A DNA stretch of 50,843 nucleotides from a virus. The translations under genes were made by a program, and so were the position numbers. Of the stretch, positions 9,501 through 17,477 are shown one piece after another. The first letter of the stretch is position 1. The number at the start of each line of letters is the position of its first letter. The notes under the pieces were generated by a model. The model was not told the DNA's origin. It saw nothing but the letters and a program-made list of their open reading frames with translations, and did no database searches. The DNA lies in IMG/VR virus record IMGVR_UViG_3300045988_175861; one strand, 5' to 3'.

Positions 9501-10689
9501 ACATGCTGGTAATTCTGTCGGTGCGCTTGTTGTGTATCTAAGAGGCGGTGGATGCGAATATACGGTATGCACTGATTATCGCGGAGGTATAAACGTGTAT
9601 TACGAAAGAACGGAAATTAGCGGTGATAGTAATTATCCTGTCTATGTAGAGCCGACCACGTCCGTAGGTAATCAAGGGGTATTAAATCTTGTATCTTACG
9701 ATTACTTAGTTCAAAAGGCCGTTAGATTGGAGACCCCTCGCACAATATTCAGTAAGCCTTTTGACGGCACAAACAATGTAACAGGAGGAGCTAAGTTTAA
9801 TGCTATCTGCATTGAGACAGATAACAACGGAAATGATAGCGGAAGACGTAGTGAGATAAATAATTACATAGGTCCTCTGCAGTTACAGCAAGCTTCTCCT
9901 ATTGATATACACATGTGTATGGGTGGCGGCAACGTCGGCATAGGCACTACATCGCCAAGTTATAAGCTTCATGTAGATGGAGATATTGGGGTAATCGGAA
10001 ATGTGACAGCAGACGGAACTATCTACTTCCAAGGTCTTTCAGGCGGCAACGAGCGCAATTTGCTATACCAGCAAATGGCGGATAACGACATGTTCCGTAT
10101 CAGGTGCGGTGGCCCGTCAAATCAAGGCTGGGTAGAGATTGCAACAGCGAATGACGGCACAGAGCCTATCTATGTAAGGCAATACACAGGTGAATTTGCA
10201 TCGATTACAAGAACTTTAACTCTGCTGGATGGAAGTGGCAATACATATGTTCCTGGCAATTTCTATGCTACAGGCGAAGTCGCAGCTGGAAGTGCTTCTG
10301 ATTTGAGGCTAAAAGAAATACAGAAAAGGCCTAGCTATGCTAACAGGCTATTGAAGATGGGCCTAGTTAGAGACTACTACTTCAATGATTTAGCAAAATC
10401 AAGAGATGTAAGAAAAGTTGATAATGACTTGCACACAGGTATGATATACCAAGACGTATTACCCGTGCTATCAAGCATGTGTGGTGTCGATGATGATGGA
10501 TATGGTAAACTTAATTATATAAAACCAGATTTTATATGTACAATAGCTGGCGCCACACAGGATAATACCATTGAGCTGATTAAAGTAAATACCAGAATGT
10601 CAAAACTGGAAACAGCTATAAGGCATCTAAAACGTAAAATCAATAAGCTAGAAAGGAAATTAAGCTACGAACAAGCTTCAATTCAATGA
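6514..10689 (+). CDS. Tail fibre / receptor-binding protein with C-terminal intramolecular chaperone (peptidase S74-like) domain
   Basis: 1391 aa. Three LTDIGDV..L..GDLLKYDG.NWV.IP repeats, a YSWAKQPNKPSYSFDELS..LGGYGITDAYTKTDADSRY fibre motif and a GDTMTGTL collar motif. The C terminus reads SASDLRLKE...HTGMIYQDVLPVL...KLNY...AGATQ followed by a coiled coil, typical of autocleaving S74 chaperone domains. Confidence 0.85.
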   Translation: MAIAIKLNGANNYNVLPFYSSKEYWHSKRWYTYGQICPVAARKDYLVPFQLYFTRDVVSTSGNITLDIKRVNDDFTVKSFTLNHSFIHTPEYVIIKFPEQQITALPLGLYYYKVTYQETNDSGIAQGEALEAYSDIISIMDDESDFVRLEYWNASDIITNGYTISFADNFKFVSYIHSTIAKPDYEFEEELTKRLGYKFIETQVSTKVYKFNFLATEANCDAMRIARMCDYIKFTTSLDVYNALYMSFEVAWQDYGDVANLTVEFETDTIIQRLESFKRSDVANFYNALLYNINEPILFDYDTIAQYYSDFSGQGKMIRELDQITVDDITSTSTMPIDLGQGAAKKIAIEEIFSKYSAFNEYFGFDEVNNAVYVKGNRSFYTMPLGDIIAGGYDESPGSVVKVERLTDIGDVRPDSLNANDLLKYDGTNWVTIPLASISSKIDKLTDINDVTPINLTAGDLLKYDGSKWVNIPMASISGKVEGITVNNSNYYPEPVTKLITLPDLAIPIKNMADASAAELTVGSKIAFMTAAGQDRRATLESIFNLYSQLHGFFELDTVNNAIKVKEGRTLYTDGEIVAGGYGEGSGGTAIERLTDIGDVVTTNLATGDLLKYDGTNWVNIPMTNISGKVEGITVNNSNYYPEPVTKLITLPNYPTTLPASDVYSWAKQPNKPSYSFDELSSHPTTLGGYGITDAYTKTDADSRYFRHIGDTYEDGRNTGWIGFGTGTYINAYPDGIAHKIYSYGQVTSFNSSYSRLELYSTHTSSDPNDGNNGIQFRSGWNDDKKSWRMLLDEVNYLHYTDNRYVNKAGDTMTGTLLFNANSSIDLVYIPRTKSAISFNNAGSNRIGINFTDGDGNLRIAKTDINQDWVSGDVNILLGSNNYKVWHAGNKRDMFSSMNEAFTTWGNEQVISVEGDANTYYPVVITINHSKTWNSRIAIHKNLGSRTPSYPGNHGSGTSSMWAMYEGRYSGWDGNSGYIVTKYVRQPYANLISKAEHAGNSVGALVVYLRGGGCEYTVCTDYRGGINVYYERTEISGDSNYPVYVEPTTSVGNQGVLNLVSYDYLVQKAVRLETPRTIFSKPFDGTNNVTGGAKFNAICIETDNNGNDSGRRSEINNYIGPLQLQQASPIDIHMCMGGGNVGIGTTSPSYKLHVDGDIGVIGNVTADGTIYFQGLSGGNERNLLYQQMADNDMFRIRCGGPSNQGWVEIATANDGTEPIYVRQYTGEFASITRTLTLLDGSGNTYVPGNFYATGEVAAGSASDLRLKEIQKRPSYANRLLKMGLVRDYYFNDLAKSRDVRKVDNDLHTGMIYQDVLPVLSSMCGVDDDGYGKLNYIKPDFICTIAGATQDNTIELIKVNTRMSKLETAIRHLKRKINKLERKLSYEQASIQ
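7942..8021 (+). repeat. 80-bp direct repeat inside the tail fibre gene, copy 1
   Basis: ATATCTGG(T)AAAGTAGAGGGTATAACAGTAAATAACAGTAACTACTATCCTGAGCCTGTTACTAAGCTTATTACATTGCC. One mismatch to copy 2. Confidence 0.9.
8389..8468 (+). repeat. 80-bp direct repeat inside the tail fibre gene, copy 2
   Basis: Same sequence 447 nt (149 codons) downstream, in frame. GC content jumps immediately after it. Confidence 0.9.
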
Positions 10690-10714
10690 TTATGTTATTA
10701 AAAACTTAAAAGAT

Positions 10715-12001
10715 ATGGCAAATTCAAATGGAATAATCACAGCGCCTGTTAGGCTATTAGCTGACGTTTCATCAGTGCTTGGCGTCGCAGGTAATCTTGG
10801 CTACTTGTGTTCCAACGTGCATGGGAGAACTAATAAGTGGAGCCATGCAAAGCCGATTAGGAACTCATCAAAAAGTGCTATTTCATTTTCATCTGACTTG
10901 ACGAGGGTTAATGGTCAAGTATGGGGCATGCTGCCACCGAAGCTTATAAATAATAAAATATACTTTAATCAAATGGCATACGCTATTATTAATAGCAATG
11001 GTGAATCGACGCAATATCCAAACTGGGTATACCAACCACCTAGAGGAGGTGAAAATGAGCCATACAGGCTATTGGACTTTAAAGGATATAATCACAGAGC
11101 TCAGCAGCCATTTAGTACAGGCATACAAAATGAGCAGACAGAGTATAATCTATTTGACATTGAAACACTTGTATTCTATTTTATGGCCATGCAGGGCTCT
11201 GATTTTTCGCTGCCAGATTTCATGGGTGCATTTACAGAATATTATTTTACTGTCGAGATATACGTTGAAAGCGGCACTCCATGGTATGCTATGACATCAC
11301 CTACATATAAATACAAATCAGCACGAAGGATAAGCGAGATAACAGACTGGGCTGAGTACATAACATTAAATATTAATGAAATATGGGATACAGCATCTAT
11401 TGTCAACAAGACTGTGTACGCAGTATTAGGAATGCAAAACTACAGTGGCTCCAACCCAGAATCAAATTCTGGCATAATCGCTCCATGGACTAAAGGGTCA
11501 AGCAATTATCCATTCTATAAACCTATAAAATTTGTAAATTACTTCAACAGGCAGTTTAGCTCATACCAATATGCATTTAATTTAATAAACACAACTTGGT
11601 ATAATGTAAATGACTATGAGCGAGTTAGCCTAAGAGGCACTAATGTATTCATATTGAGGTGTAGAATGCAAAGAAAGGAAAAACCTTTATATATAGTACC
11701 GCAGTATCCATCTGGAGTACCGTCGAATACTAAACAAGTCAAAATAAGAGCTACGATATCAGGCTCATACACAAACCAGGTATACGCTACACCGTGCAAC
11801 GATACATCAGGCTTCCCGACTGTACAGTATATACGCATAGAAAGTTCTTCTGAATGGGAACCACAAGATATATGCCTTAAGTTTGATGCTCTTATAAGAG
11901 TTGGGCAAACTAATACAATTGCTATAGAAGCGACAGCCGACGATGGAAAAACATGGGTAATGCTTGACGCAATTGGTGTGAACATAGTTTCTAATAACTA
12001 A
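10715..12001 (+). CDS. Hypothetical protein, tail-associated by position
   Basis: 428-aa ORF directly downstream of the tail fibre gene. No motif recognised. Confidence 0.6.
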   Translation: MANSNGIITAPVRLLADVSSVLGVAGNLGYLCSNVHGRTNKWSHAKPIRNSSKSAISFSSDLTRVNGQVWGMLPPKLINNKIYFNQMAYAIINSNGESTQYPNWVYQPPRGGENEPYRLLDFKGYNHRAQQPFSTGIQNEQTEYNLFDIETLVFYFMAMQGSDFSLPDFMGAFTEYYFTVEIYVESGTPWYAMTSPTYKYKSARRISEITDWAEYITLNINEIWDTASIVNKTVYAVLGMQNYSGSNPESNSGIIAPWTKGSSNYPFYKPIKFVNYFNRQFSSYQYAFNLINTTWYNVNDYERVSLRGTNVFILRCRMQRKEKPLYIVPQYPSGVPSNTKQVKIRATISGSYTNQVYATPCNDTSGFPTVQYIRIESSSEWEPQDICLKFDALIRVGQTNTIAIEATADDGKTWVMLDAIGVNIVSNN

Positions 12002-12091
12002 ATTGTATAGCCTGACTGGTTAAAATAAGTATATAGAATAAAACTATATATAAATATTTAGTAAAAATTTTTTTTATTCAAATTTAGTATG

Positions 12092-12099
12092 TATATTTA
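12092..12099 (+). promoter_or_regulatory. -7-like promoter box TATATTTA
   Basis: Lies in the AT-rich 119-nt gap upstream of 12121. One mismatch from TAnnTTTG. Confidence 0.3.
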
Positions 12100-12120
12100 A
12101 ACTGTTAAAAATTTTAAGCA

Positions 12121-12444
12121 ATGACAGCACAAGAAATAACAATAAATGTTGGGAATCTGCAATCAGTTACATACACTGATGCTATTGCAGATGATGGTAT
12201 TTTGTTGCTAAAAGCAAATACATTGAGAAAAAGTGAAAATAAAGTTTTCCAGTTTACAGGCCAAGTATTTTTCAAAGAGACAAATAAGATAATTGGCACA
12301 TTCAGTTATTATAACGAAGGCAATGCATCTTTCAATGCAACAGTTACAATTACTGATGTGAGCCAAGTTACTAAGTACGATGAAGCATTTAGCCTAATGG
12401 TTAATTCAGTTAGTAAATTTGAAACAATCCAAGTTATAGAATGA
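12121..12444 (+). CDS. Hypothetical protein
   Basis: 107-aa ORF preceded by a TATATTTA box. Its stop overlaps the next start (ATGA). Confidence 0.6.
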   Translation: MTAQEITINVGNLQSVTYTDAIADDGILLLKANTLRKSENKVFQFTGQVFFKETNKIIGTFSYYNEGNASFNATVTITDVSQVTKYDEAFSLMVNSVSKFETIQVIE

Positions 12445-12899
12445 AAAAGATAGAAGCAAAACAGTTATCAGAAATTTTCTCTAACAAACAGTTTAGTTTT
12501 TCAAAGTTAGAGAATGCAACTGCAATCATAGTTATTAAATTACAAATCAGTGTAGACCCAATTGCAAAAGAGCTAGAAGAAGCTAGAAAAACTGCATTGG
12601 AATCACTAAAGACGGACGAGTTTGAAAAGCTTACTGAGAAAGCAACATCTGGTGAACTCAAGATGTATACCCCAGAAGCAGCTAGATATAACAAGTTGAG
12701 TTCAGAAATAGCTGAAAAGCTAGAAGAGATTTTGAAAGATAAGGCAGACGAGGAAGTTGAGATTAACACAAAAATTACAGAGAAGCAATTCTTTGAAATT
12801 CTTGAATCTAACAAAACAAGCCTCACTGGTGATAGCTTGAAGATTCTCTATACTCTCATAGTAGATGCAACTAAAAAAGATGAAGACCCTAAAAAATAA
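12441..12899 (+). CDS. Hypothetical protein (acidic, helical)
   Basis: 152-aa ORF translationally coupled to the upstream ORF. Confidence 0.6.
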   Translation: MKKIEAKQLSEIFSNKQFSFSKLENATAIIVIKLQISVDPIAKELEEARKTALESLKTDEFEKLTEKATSGELKMYTPEAARYNKLSSEIAEKLEEILKDKADEEVEINTKITEKQFFEILESNKTSLTGDSLKILYTLIVDATKKDEDPKK

Positions 12900-12905
12900 A
12901 AAAAC

Positions 12906-13034
12906 ATGAAGAAGCTATTTGCATATTTGATAGGAAGCCAAAACTCAAATAAGAGAGGTACCAGCAATACTAGGCAGATAGCTTCTTCAAGTGACAATAA
13001 AGCTTGTAAAGCGTGTAAACGCGCTCCAAGATAA
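12906..13034 (+). CDS. Possible small basic peptide (42 aa)
   Basis: Hand translation gives MKKLFAYLIGSQNSNKRGTSNTRQIASSSDNKACKACKRAPR. It fills an otherwise empty 170-nt gap and is below the size cut-off of the ORF track. Confidence 0.3.
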   Translation: MKKLFAYLIGSQNSNKRGTSNTRQIASSSDNKACKACKRAPR

Positions 13035-13069
13035 TCAACAAATTATTAATCTAAACTTAATTATGAATT

Positions 13070-13555
13070 ATGGGAACTGAAATGACAATTTCCGACTATG
13101 CTGCCATTAAGGAGCTAGAAAATGAGCATCGTGATGGCTGGGGTTCAGCAACGGCTCTGTGGGTAATAGTAGCAGCTATTATCGTTTTTGCAATCGTCTA
13201 CAATTGGACGAAGAACTGTAATGAAAAGGTTCAGTTTGCTGTTGGCATGTCCAGAATGGAAGGCCGCTTGAATTGTATTGAACCTAACGTTGACTTTATC
13301 GGTAAACAACTCTATGCAGCTAATGGAGCAATCTCTGCTACTGTGCAAGGCGTTGGCGATATGAAGTCGAATTTTGACAATCAGTTATTCCAGTTAAACC
13401 GTGAGGTTTTCTTTGAAGCAAATCATTGCTGCAGACGTGATGGACGTGGACGTAGTGGTGGTTGCTGTGGAGGTGGTAACCGAGAATTTGCTCAGACACA
13501 AAACTATACGCTTGCCAGCCAAGGCGTAACAGTTACTGAGCGTTGCGTTAATTAA
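13070..13555 (+). CDS. Membrane protein with Cys/Gly/Arg-rich C-terminal tail
   Basis: 161 aa with one hydrophobic helix (ALWVIVAAIIVFAIVYNW) and a C-terminal CCRRDGRGRSGGCCGGGNREF segment. A strong hairpin follows. Confidence 0.65.
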   Translation: MGTEMTISDYAAIKELENEHRDGWGSATALWVIVAAIIVFAIVYNWTKNCNEKVQFAVGMSRMEGRLNCIEPNVDFIGKQLYAANGAISATVQGVGDMKSNFDNQLFQLNREVFFEANHCCRRDGRGRSGGCCGGGNREFAQTQNYTLASQGVTVTERCVN

Positions 13556-13567
13556 TGCTGTCCAACA

Positions 13568-13630
13568 AAGAGGAGAAAAAGCTTAATGTGAACTAGTCTG
13601 CACAATGGCTTTTCTCCTCTTAATTTTTAT
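13568..13630 (+). terminator. Hairpin terminator (about 13-bp stem, 25-nt loop, T-tract)
   Basis: AAGAGGAGAAAAAGC ... GCTTTTCTCCTCTT followed by TAATTTTTA. It lies directly after the 13070..13555 CDS. Confidence 0.6.
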
Positions 13631-13652
13631 TAACTGATAAAAAATATATACA

Positions 13653-13943
13653 ATGATAACCTCTGTATTTGATGCAAAAATGAAAGTTGCCAAGTTGGCA
13701 TGTACAACTGGCATGATTGCTGGTTCATCATTCGATATAACAAGAATGAATGAATTGGTGGAATACTTGATAGACGGGGCCAATTTGCCAAATCTTGCAA
13801 CTGGCCAGTCAGCAAATAAGCTTATTGTAAAAGAATACGCTATAGACTGCCTGTCAAATTTGTGTGAGGCCTCTGGTATATCAGTTACATCAAAAAATGC
13901 GTCAGTATTGACTGACTGGATATTAAATGGCATAATCAAATAA
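13653..13943 (+). CDS. Hypothetical protein
   Basis: 96-aa ORF, co-oriented and tightly spaced with the following genes. Preferred over the antisense ORF 13583..13981. Confidence 0.55.
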   Translation: MITSVFDAKMKVAKLACTTGMIAGSSFDITRMNELVEYLIDGANLPNLATGQSANKLIVKEYAIDCLSNLCEASGISVTSKNASVLTDWILNGIIK

Positions 13944-13951
13944 TTTCTACC

Positions 13952-14356
13952 ATGGGATTGTTCGATAAAAATAAACAACATTGCAATTTGAGTTTTTCAA
14001 CTAGGCAAGAAGCATTTACGTATATGCTTGGCTATTTGATTAATGAAAAATGCCTTGAGCCAATGGAAGCAGCCAAACAGGCAAATGAGTTTGCTGAGAT
14101 ATTTGCTACAAATATGGGCATACCCCTTAAACTAGAGCCAGAGCCAAAAGGAGTTGACAAGTACATATCTATGGCTGAGAAAATTGGCAATTATATCGAG
14201 CAACATCCAAAAGTAGTTGAATACGGAATACCTGCATTGACATTTGTAGCTGGGCTATTTACTGGCAAGAAAGTTGAGCAGATAGAAGATAAGCATGATG
14301 GCCAAATGCCACCACCTCATGTAAATGAACAAATTGACTTCGATAAAATTGATTAG
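13952..14356 (+). CDS. Hypothetical protein with one C-terminal hydrophobic helix
   Basis: 134-aa ORF with the hydrophobic segment VEYGIPALTFVAGLFTG. Confidence 0.6.
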   Translation: MGLFDKNKQHCNLSFSTRQEAFTYMLGYLINEKCLEPMEAAKQANEFAEIFATNMGIPLKLEPEPKGVDKYISMAEKIGNYIEQHPKVVEYGIPALTFVAGLFTGKKVEQIEDKHDGQMPPPHVNEQIDFDKID

Positions 14357-14358
14357 TT

Positions 14359-14619
14359 ATGGCTTTAAGAAAAATTTATCTCGCTGTAGAATGCGCAAAC
14401 GACCAAGAGCGCGACGCAGTCCAAGGAATAGCAAATGAACTGTCAAACATGAGAGTTATGAATGCTAATTCCATAATTAAAATGATGCCTCTAGTTGAAA
14501 AGCATAAAGCAGAGTTTACTCAGCTTTTTCAAATGATAACTAGAGATGGCATTAGCTCATTGATGTCAATCAGAGGTGGTATGCTCATTGGCAAGTTAGC
14601 TAAAATCAATAAAAAATAA
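14359..14619 (+). CDS. Hypothetical protein
   Basis: 86-aa ORF, 2 nt after the previous stop. Confidence 0.6.
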   Translation: MALRKIYLAVECANDQERDAVQGIANELSNMRVMNANSIIKMMPLVEKHKAEFTQLFQMITRDGISSLMSIRGGMLIGKLAKINKK

Positions 14620-14624
14620 TTATT

Positions 14625-14891
14625 ATGGCTAGATTAGGAAAAGCATGTCCTGGTGACTGTAGTAAATGTGAAATGCTAAGAGATGGAGAAGTAGACATGG
14701 TTCCATGTATACTCGACCAGTTATTTCAAAGGCAGCAGAGACATGAAAAGATACTTAATGAAATTCTTAAGTATTCACAAAATTTAGAGGAAGACATGAA
14801 AGTCATGCCTCAATTAGTTTTAACTGGTTATTCAAGCATACAAGACAATATTGATGATGAGCAACCAGTAAATTCACCTGTTAAAAAATAA
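14625..14891 (+). CDS. Hypothetical protein (N-terminal Cys cluster)
   Basis: 88-aa ORF with CPGDCSKCEMLRDGEVDMVPC at the N terminus. Confidence 0.6.
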   Translation: MARLGKACPGDCSKCEMLRDGEVDMVPCILDQLFQRQQRHEKILNEILKYSQNLEEDMKVMPQLVLTGYSSIQDNIDDEQPVNSPVKK

Positions 14892-14895
14892 TGCC

Positions 14896-15348
14896 ATGGG
14901 AAGTATAGCTATTAAAAATGCTCTTCGGAAATGCAGAGAGCATAAATACGAAGAATACTATTCTGGAAAAGATAAAGATGGTTATTCTGAGTATGTTAAA
15001 AAGCATGGTTATCATTTTACAAATAGCCTAGCTGAATACGCAATTTGCAAGATGGTAAACGTGGTTGATGGAAAACACGGACGTTGGACCGTAGGCCAAG
15101 TCGTAGAAGCAATTGGAGCAAAACAGACAACTCATAAAGTTACGTGTGGTGACTTAGCTTATCAAGCAAATATGTATTATGCAGATTTATACCCAAAAGT
15201 TATAATTTCTGAAACTGCTTGTTTAGATGGAGCTTTAGCGATTGCAAATGACCCAGATGGCTATGAAGGCCAAATATTCTGCAGATGGGTAGCGGATGTG
15301 ATGACAGAAAGAAAAGATGTTGAATGGAAAAAATTCATTGAGGAGTAA
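14896..15348 (+). CDS. Hypothetical protein
   Basis: 150-aa ORF whose stop overlaps the holin start. Confidence 0.65.
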   Translation: MGSIAIKNALRKCREHKYEEYYSGKDKDGYSEYVKKHGYHFTNSLAEYAICKMVNVVDGKHGRWTVGQVVEAIGAKQTTHKVTCGDLAYQANMYYADLYPKVIISETACLDGALAIANDPDGYEGQIFCRWVADVMTERKDVEWKKFIEE

Positions 15349-15821
15349 TGCTTGAATTCATTGAAAATAAGGATATTAACGGACTGCTATTCTACGTAGC
15401 AGTCCGTATTGCTGTAGTTTTAGTTTGTTGGTTTTTCATGGCTGCTGCTAGCATGATAGATTTTTGGTCTGGTAGAGACGCAGCAAAAACGCTTGGAGAA
15501 CCAATTGATTCAAAAGGCTTCAGACGCACAATTATAAAAGTTGGAGATTATACACGAGTAATGCTATTTGCATTGATGTTTGACATTTTAGGAAGTTTCT
15601 TTTCGTTTTATGTACTGCCATTTGCTACTATACTATGTACAGTCGCAATCCTTTTAATTGAAGGAAAGTCTGTAAAGGAGAATTCAGCAAGGAAGAAAGC
15701 ACATGCAGCTGACGTACCTGATGTTGTCAAAAGAATTGTTCAGAGCTCAAACGTTAAACAAGCAATAGAATTACTTGACACAATAAAAATAGAATTAGAA
15801 AACAACAGTAAACAAAATTAA
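15348..15821 (+). CDS. Holin (Phage_holin_4-like)
   Basis: 157 aa with three hydrophobic helices. The signature ...DFWSGRDAAK...SKGFRRTIIKVGDY...LLIEGKSVKEN resembles the holin-4 family (E.xSIxEN end). It lies immediately upstream of the endolysin. Confidence 0.75.
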   Translation: MLEFIENKDINGLLFYVAVRIAVVLVCWFFMAAASMIDFWSGRDAAKTLGEPIDSKGFRRTIIKVGDYTRVMLFALMFDILGSFFSFYVLPFATILCTVAILLIEGKSVKENSARKKAHAADVPDVVKRIVQSSNVKQAIELLDTIKIELENNSKQN

Positions 15822-15822
15822 T

Positions 15823-16359
15823 ATGGCAGATGTTGAATTATTAGCTCCATTCATATTAAGCTGGGAGGGAGGATTTGTAAATGACAAAGACGACCTAGGT
15901 GGAGCTACAAACATGGGAGTAACAATAGCTACATACGATGCATATTGCAGAAAGAAAGGATATCCAAGGCCAACAGTAGATAGGCTAAAATCGCTTACTA
16001 AACACGAGTGGACAGAAATACTTAAAACAATGTATTGGGACAAATGGAGTGCTGACTTCATTAAATCACAGTCTATAGCAAATATACTGGTTGATTGGGT
16101 TTGGGCATCAGGCAAAAATGGTATTGTAATTCCTCAAAAGATTTTAGGTGTGAAGCCAGATGGTATAGTAGGCATAAAAACTTTAGCTGCTATTAATGGT
16201 TTTGAAAATCAGGAATCACTGTTTTTAAGCATAAAAAACGCTAGGATAGATTTTATAGACGGAATCTGCGCAAAGAGGCCAGTTAACAATAAATTTAAAA
16301 AAGGCTGGCTGAGGAGAATTAACTCTATTGGATGGGACTTTCTAAAAAACAATATATAA
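15823..16359 (+). CDS. Endolysin, glycoside hydrolase family 108 N-acetylmuramidase with PG_binding_3-like C terminus
   Basis: The N terminus ILSWEGGFVNDKDDLGGATNMGVT matches the GH108 EGGY.N...D.GG.T..GIT signature, including the catalytic Glu. The C-terminal part ends in GWLRRIN. Confidence 0.9.
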   Translation: MADVELLAPFILSWEGGFVNDKDDLGGATNMGVTIATYDAYCRKKGYPRPTVDRLKSLTKHEWTEILKTMYWDKWSADFIKSQSIANILVDWVWASGKNGIVIPQKILGVKPDGIVGIKTLAAINGFENQESLFLSIKNARIDFIDGICAKRPVNNKFKKGWLRRINSIGWDFLKNNI

Positions 16360-16372
16360 ATCAACCTATAAA

Positions 16373-16415
16373 TCAGCCTTGGCATACTAGATTTTGTCAA
16401 GGTTGAATTTTTTAT
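16373..16415 (+). terminator. Hairpin terminator after the endolysin
   Basis: 9-bp stem TCAGCCTTG/CAAGGTTGA (one G-U pair) followed by ATTTTTTAT. Confidence 0.55.
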
Positions 16416-16480
16416 ATAAAGTAATATTAACTATTAAGATAATATTAAATGCTCTAGAATGAGCCTAAAATAGTTTAAGC

Positions 16481-17089
16481 ATGAAAAGAAAAATCATAGT
16501 TATATTAATAGCCATAATTGGGTGTGCATCATTTGTATACAATTATAACAAGCTTTCAAAAGAAAACAAGCTTTTACAGAATAACCAAGAAGTTCTGTTG
16601 GCTAATAACAAATCGTATAAAGTACGTGATAGCCTCAATGCTATTAACGCAAAGTTGCTTGAGCTAAAGATGTCTGAATTGAAAAAATACAGAGAAGAAG
16701 ACTTAAAGTTAATTGATGATTTAAAACTCAGTAAATCTCAATTAGAAAAAATCATAAGCCTTAAAACAGAGACTATAAATAGCCTAAAAGCAGCACTTAA
16801 AGATTCTATTGTAAGAGATACAGTAACAAACCAAATTGACACACTTAAATGCTTCAATTACAAGTCTGTTTGGATTGACGTTGATGGGTGCATGCATAAA
16901 GATTCTGTAAATTTACAAGTCAAAAATAGAGAGAAGCTAAAGGTTATTGAAAGCTTAGAAAAGAAAAAATTCTGGTTTATGAAGTTACCAATTTGGCTAT
17001 TTGGCTACAAAAATAAGCAACTTGATGTAATAAGTTTCAATCCAAATACTACGATTACTGATATTGAGTATATTTCTGTGAGAAAATAA
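16481..17089 (+). CDS. Coiled-coil lipoprotein, spanin-like candidate
   Basis: 202 aa. The N-terminal signal carries a lipobox-like IIGC (MKRKIIVILIAIIGCAS), followed by a long coiled coil and a hydrophobic patch FWFMKLPIWLFGY. It is the last gene of the lysis region. Confidence 0.5.
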   Translation: MKRKIIVILIAIIGCASFVYNYNKLSKENKLLQNNQEVLLANNKSYKVRDSLNAINAKLLELKMSELKKYREEDLKLIDDLKLSKSQLEKIISLKTETINSLKAALKDSIVRDTVTNQIDTLKCFNYKSVWIDVDGCMHKDSVNLQVKNREKLKVIESLEKKKFWFMKLPIWLFGYKNKQLDVISFNPNTTITDIEYISVRK

Positions 17090-17179
17090 ACAATAATAAA
17101 CAATGATAAACAATTCTTTGTTTACAACTGAACATATTGAAAATGAACGAGTTAGCTATAAATAAACAATATAAACAAT
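17086..17179. repeat. Composite ATAAACAAT iteron element, copy 1
   Basis: Three boxes at an exact 10-bp period (17086, 17096, 17106), an inverted box (TTGTTTAC), then GCTATAAATAAACAATATAAACAATAA (boxes at 17162 and 17171). The same layout recurs at 38641-38733. Confidence 0.8.
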
Positions 17180-17428
17180 AAATTTGCTATTTGACTTAAA
17201 CTATAAAATGTGATTTTACAGTAGTTAAATAGATTAACATATTAAAAATTGACTTTTTATCTAGAGGCTTATAGGGAAATATAGTTTCTTTGTTCTTTTG
17301 TTTCTCTTCCATACTTAGAAATGTTGATGGTTTTATTGTTTATCATTGAAAATCAAGCAGTTAACTGAATTTCACAAAATAATATTTATTTTTATACAAA
17401 ATTATTTTTTCTTGTCAAAGGAAAGATT

Positions 17429-17436
17429 TATATTTG
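17429..17436 (+). promoter_or_regulatory. Bacteroidota-type -7 promoter box TATATTTG
   Basis: TTATATTTGCATTG lies 42 nt upstream of the 17478 start. The same extended sequence occurs at 42451. Confidence 0.6.
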
Positions 17437-17477
17437 CATTGTCAATCTCACAGAAATAGTAAATCATTATTAATTAT

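Noticed and set aside
10998-11294. Alternative-frame + strand ORFs inside longer genes (10998..11294, 2405..2608, 43622..43810)
   Set aside because: They are short, fully nested in another frame of a long ORF, and have no independent start context.
13583-13981. 132-aa minus-strand ORF as an alternative to the + strand ORF 13653..13943
   Set aside because: It would run across the terminator hairpin at 13568-13630 and overlap the start of the next + strand gene. All neighbouring genes are on the + strand and tightly coupled, so I kept the + strand ORF, with only moderate confidence.
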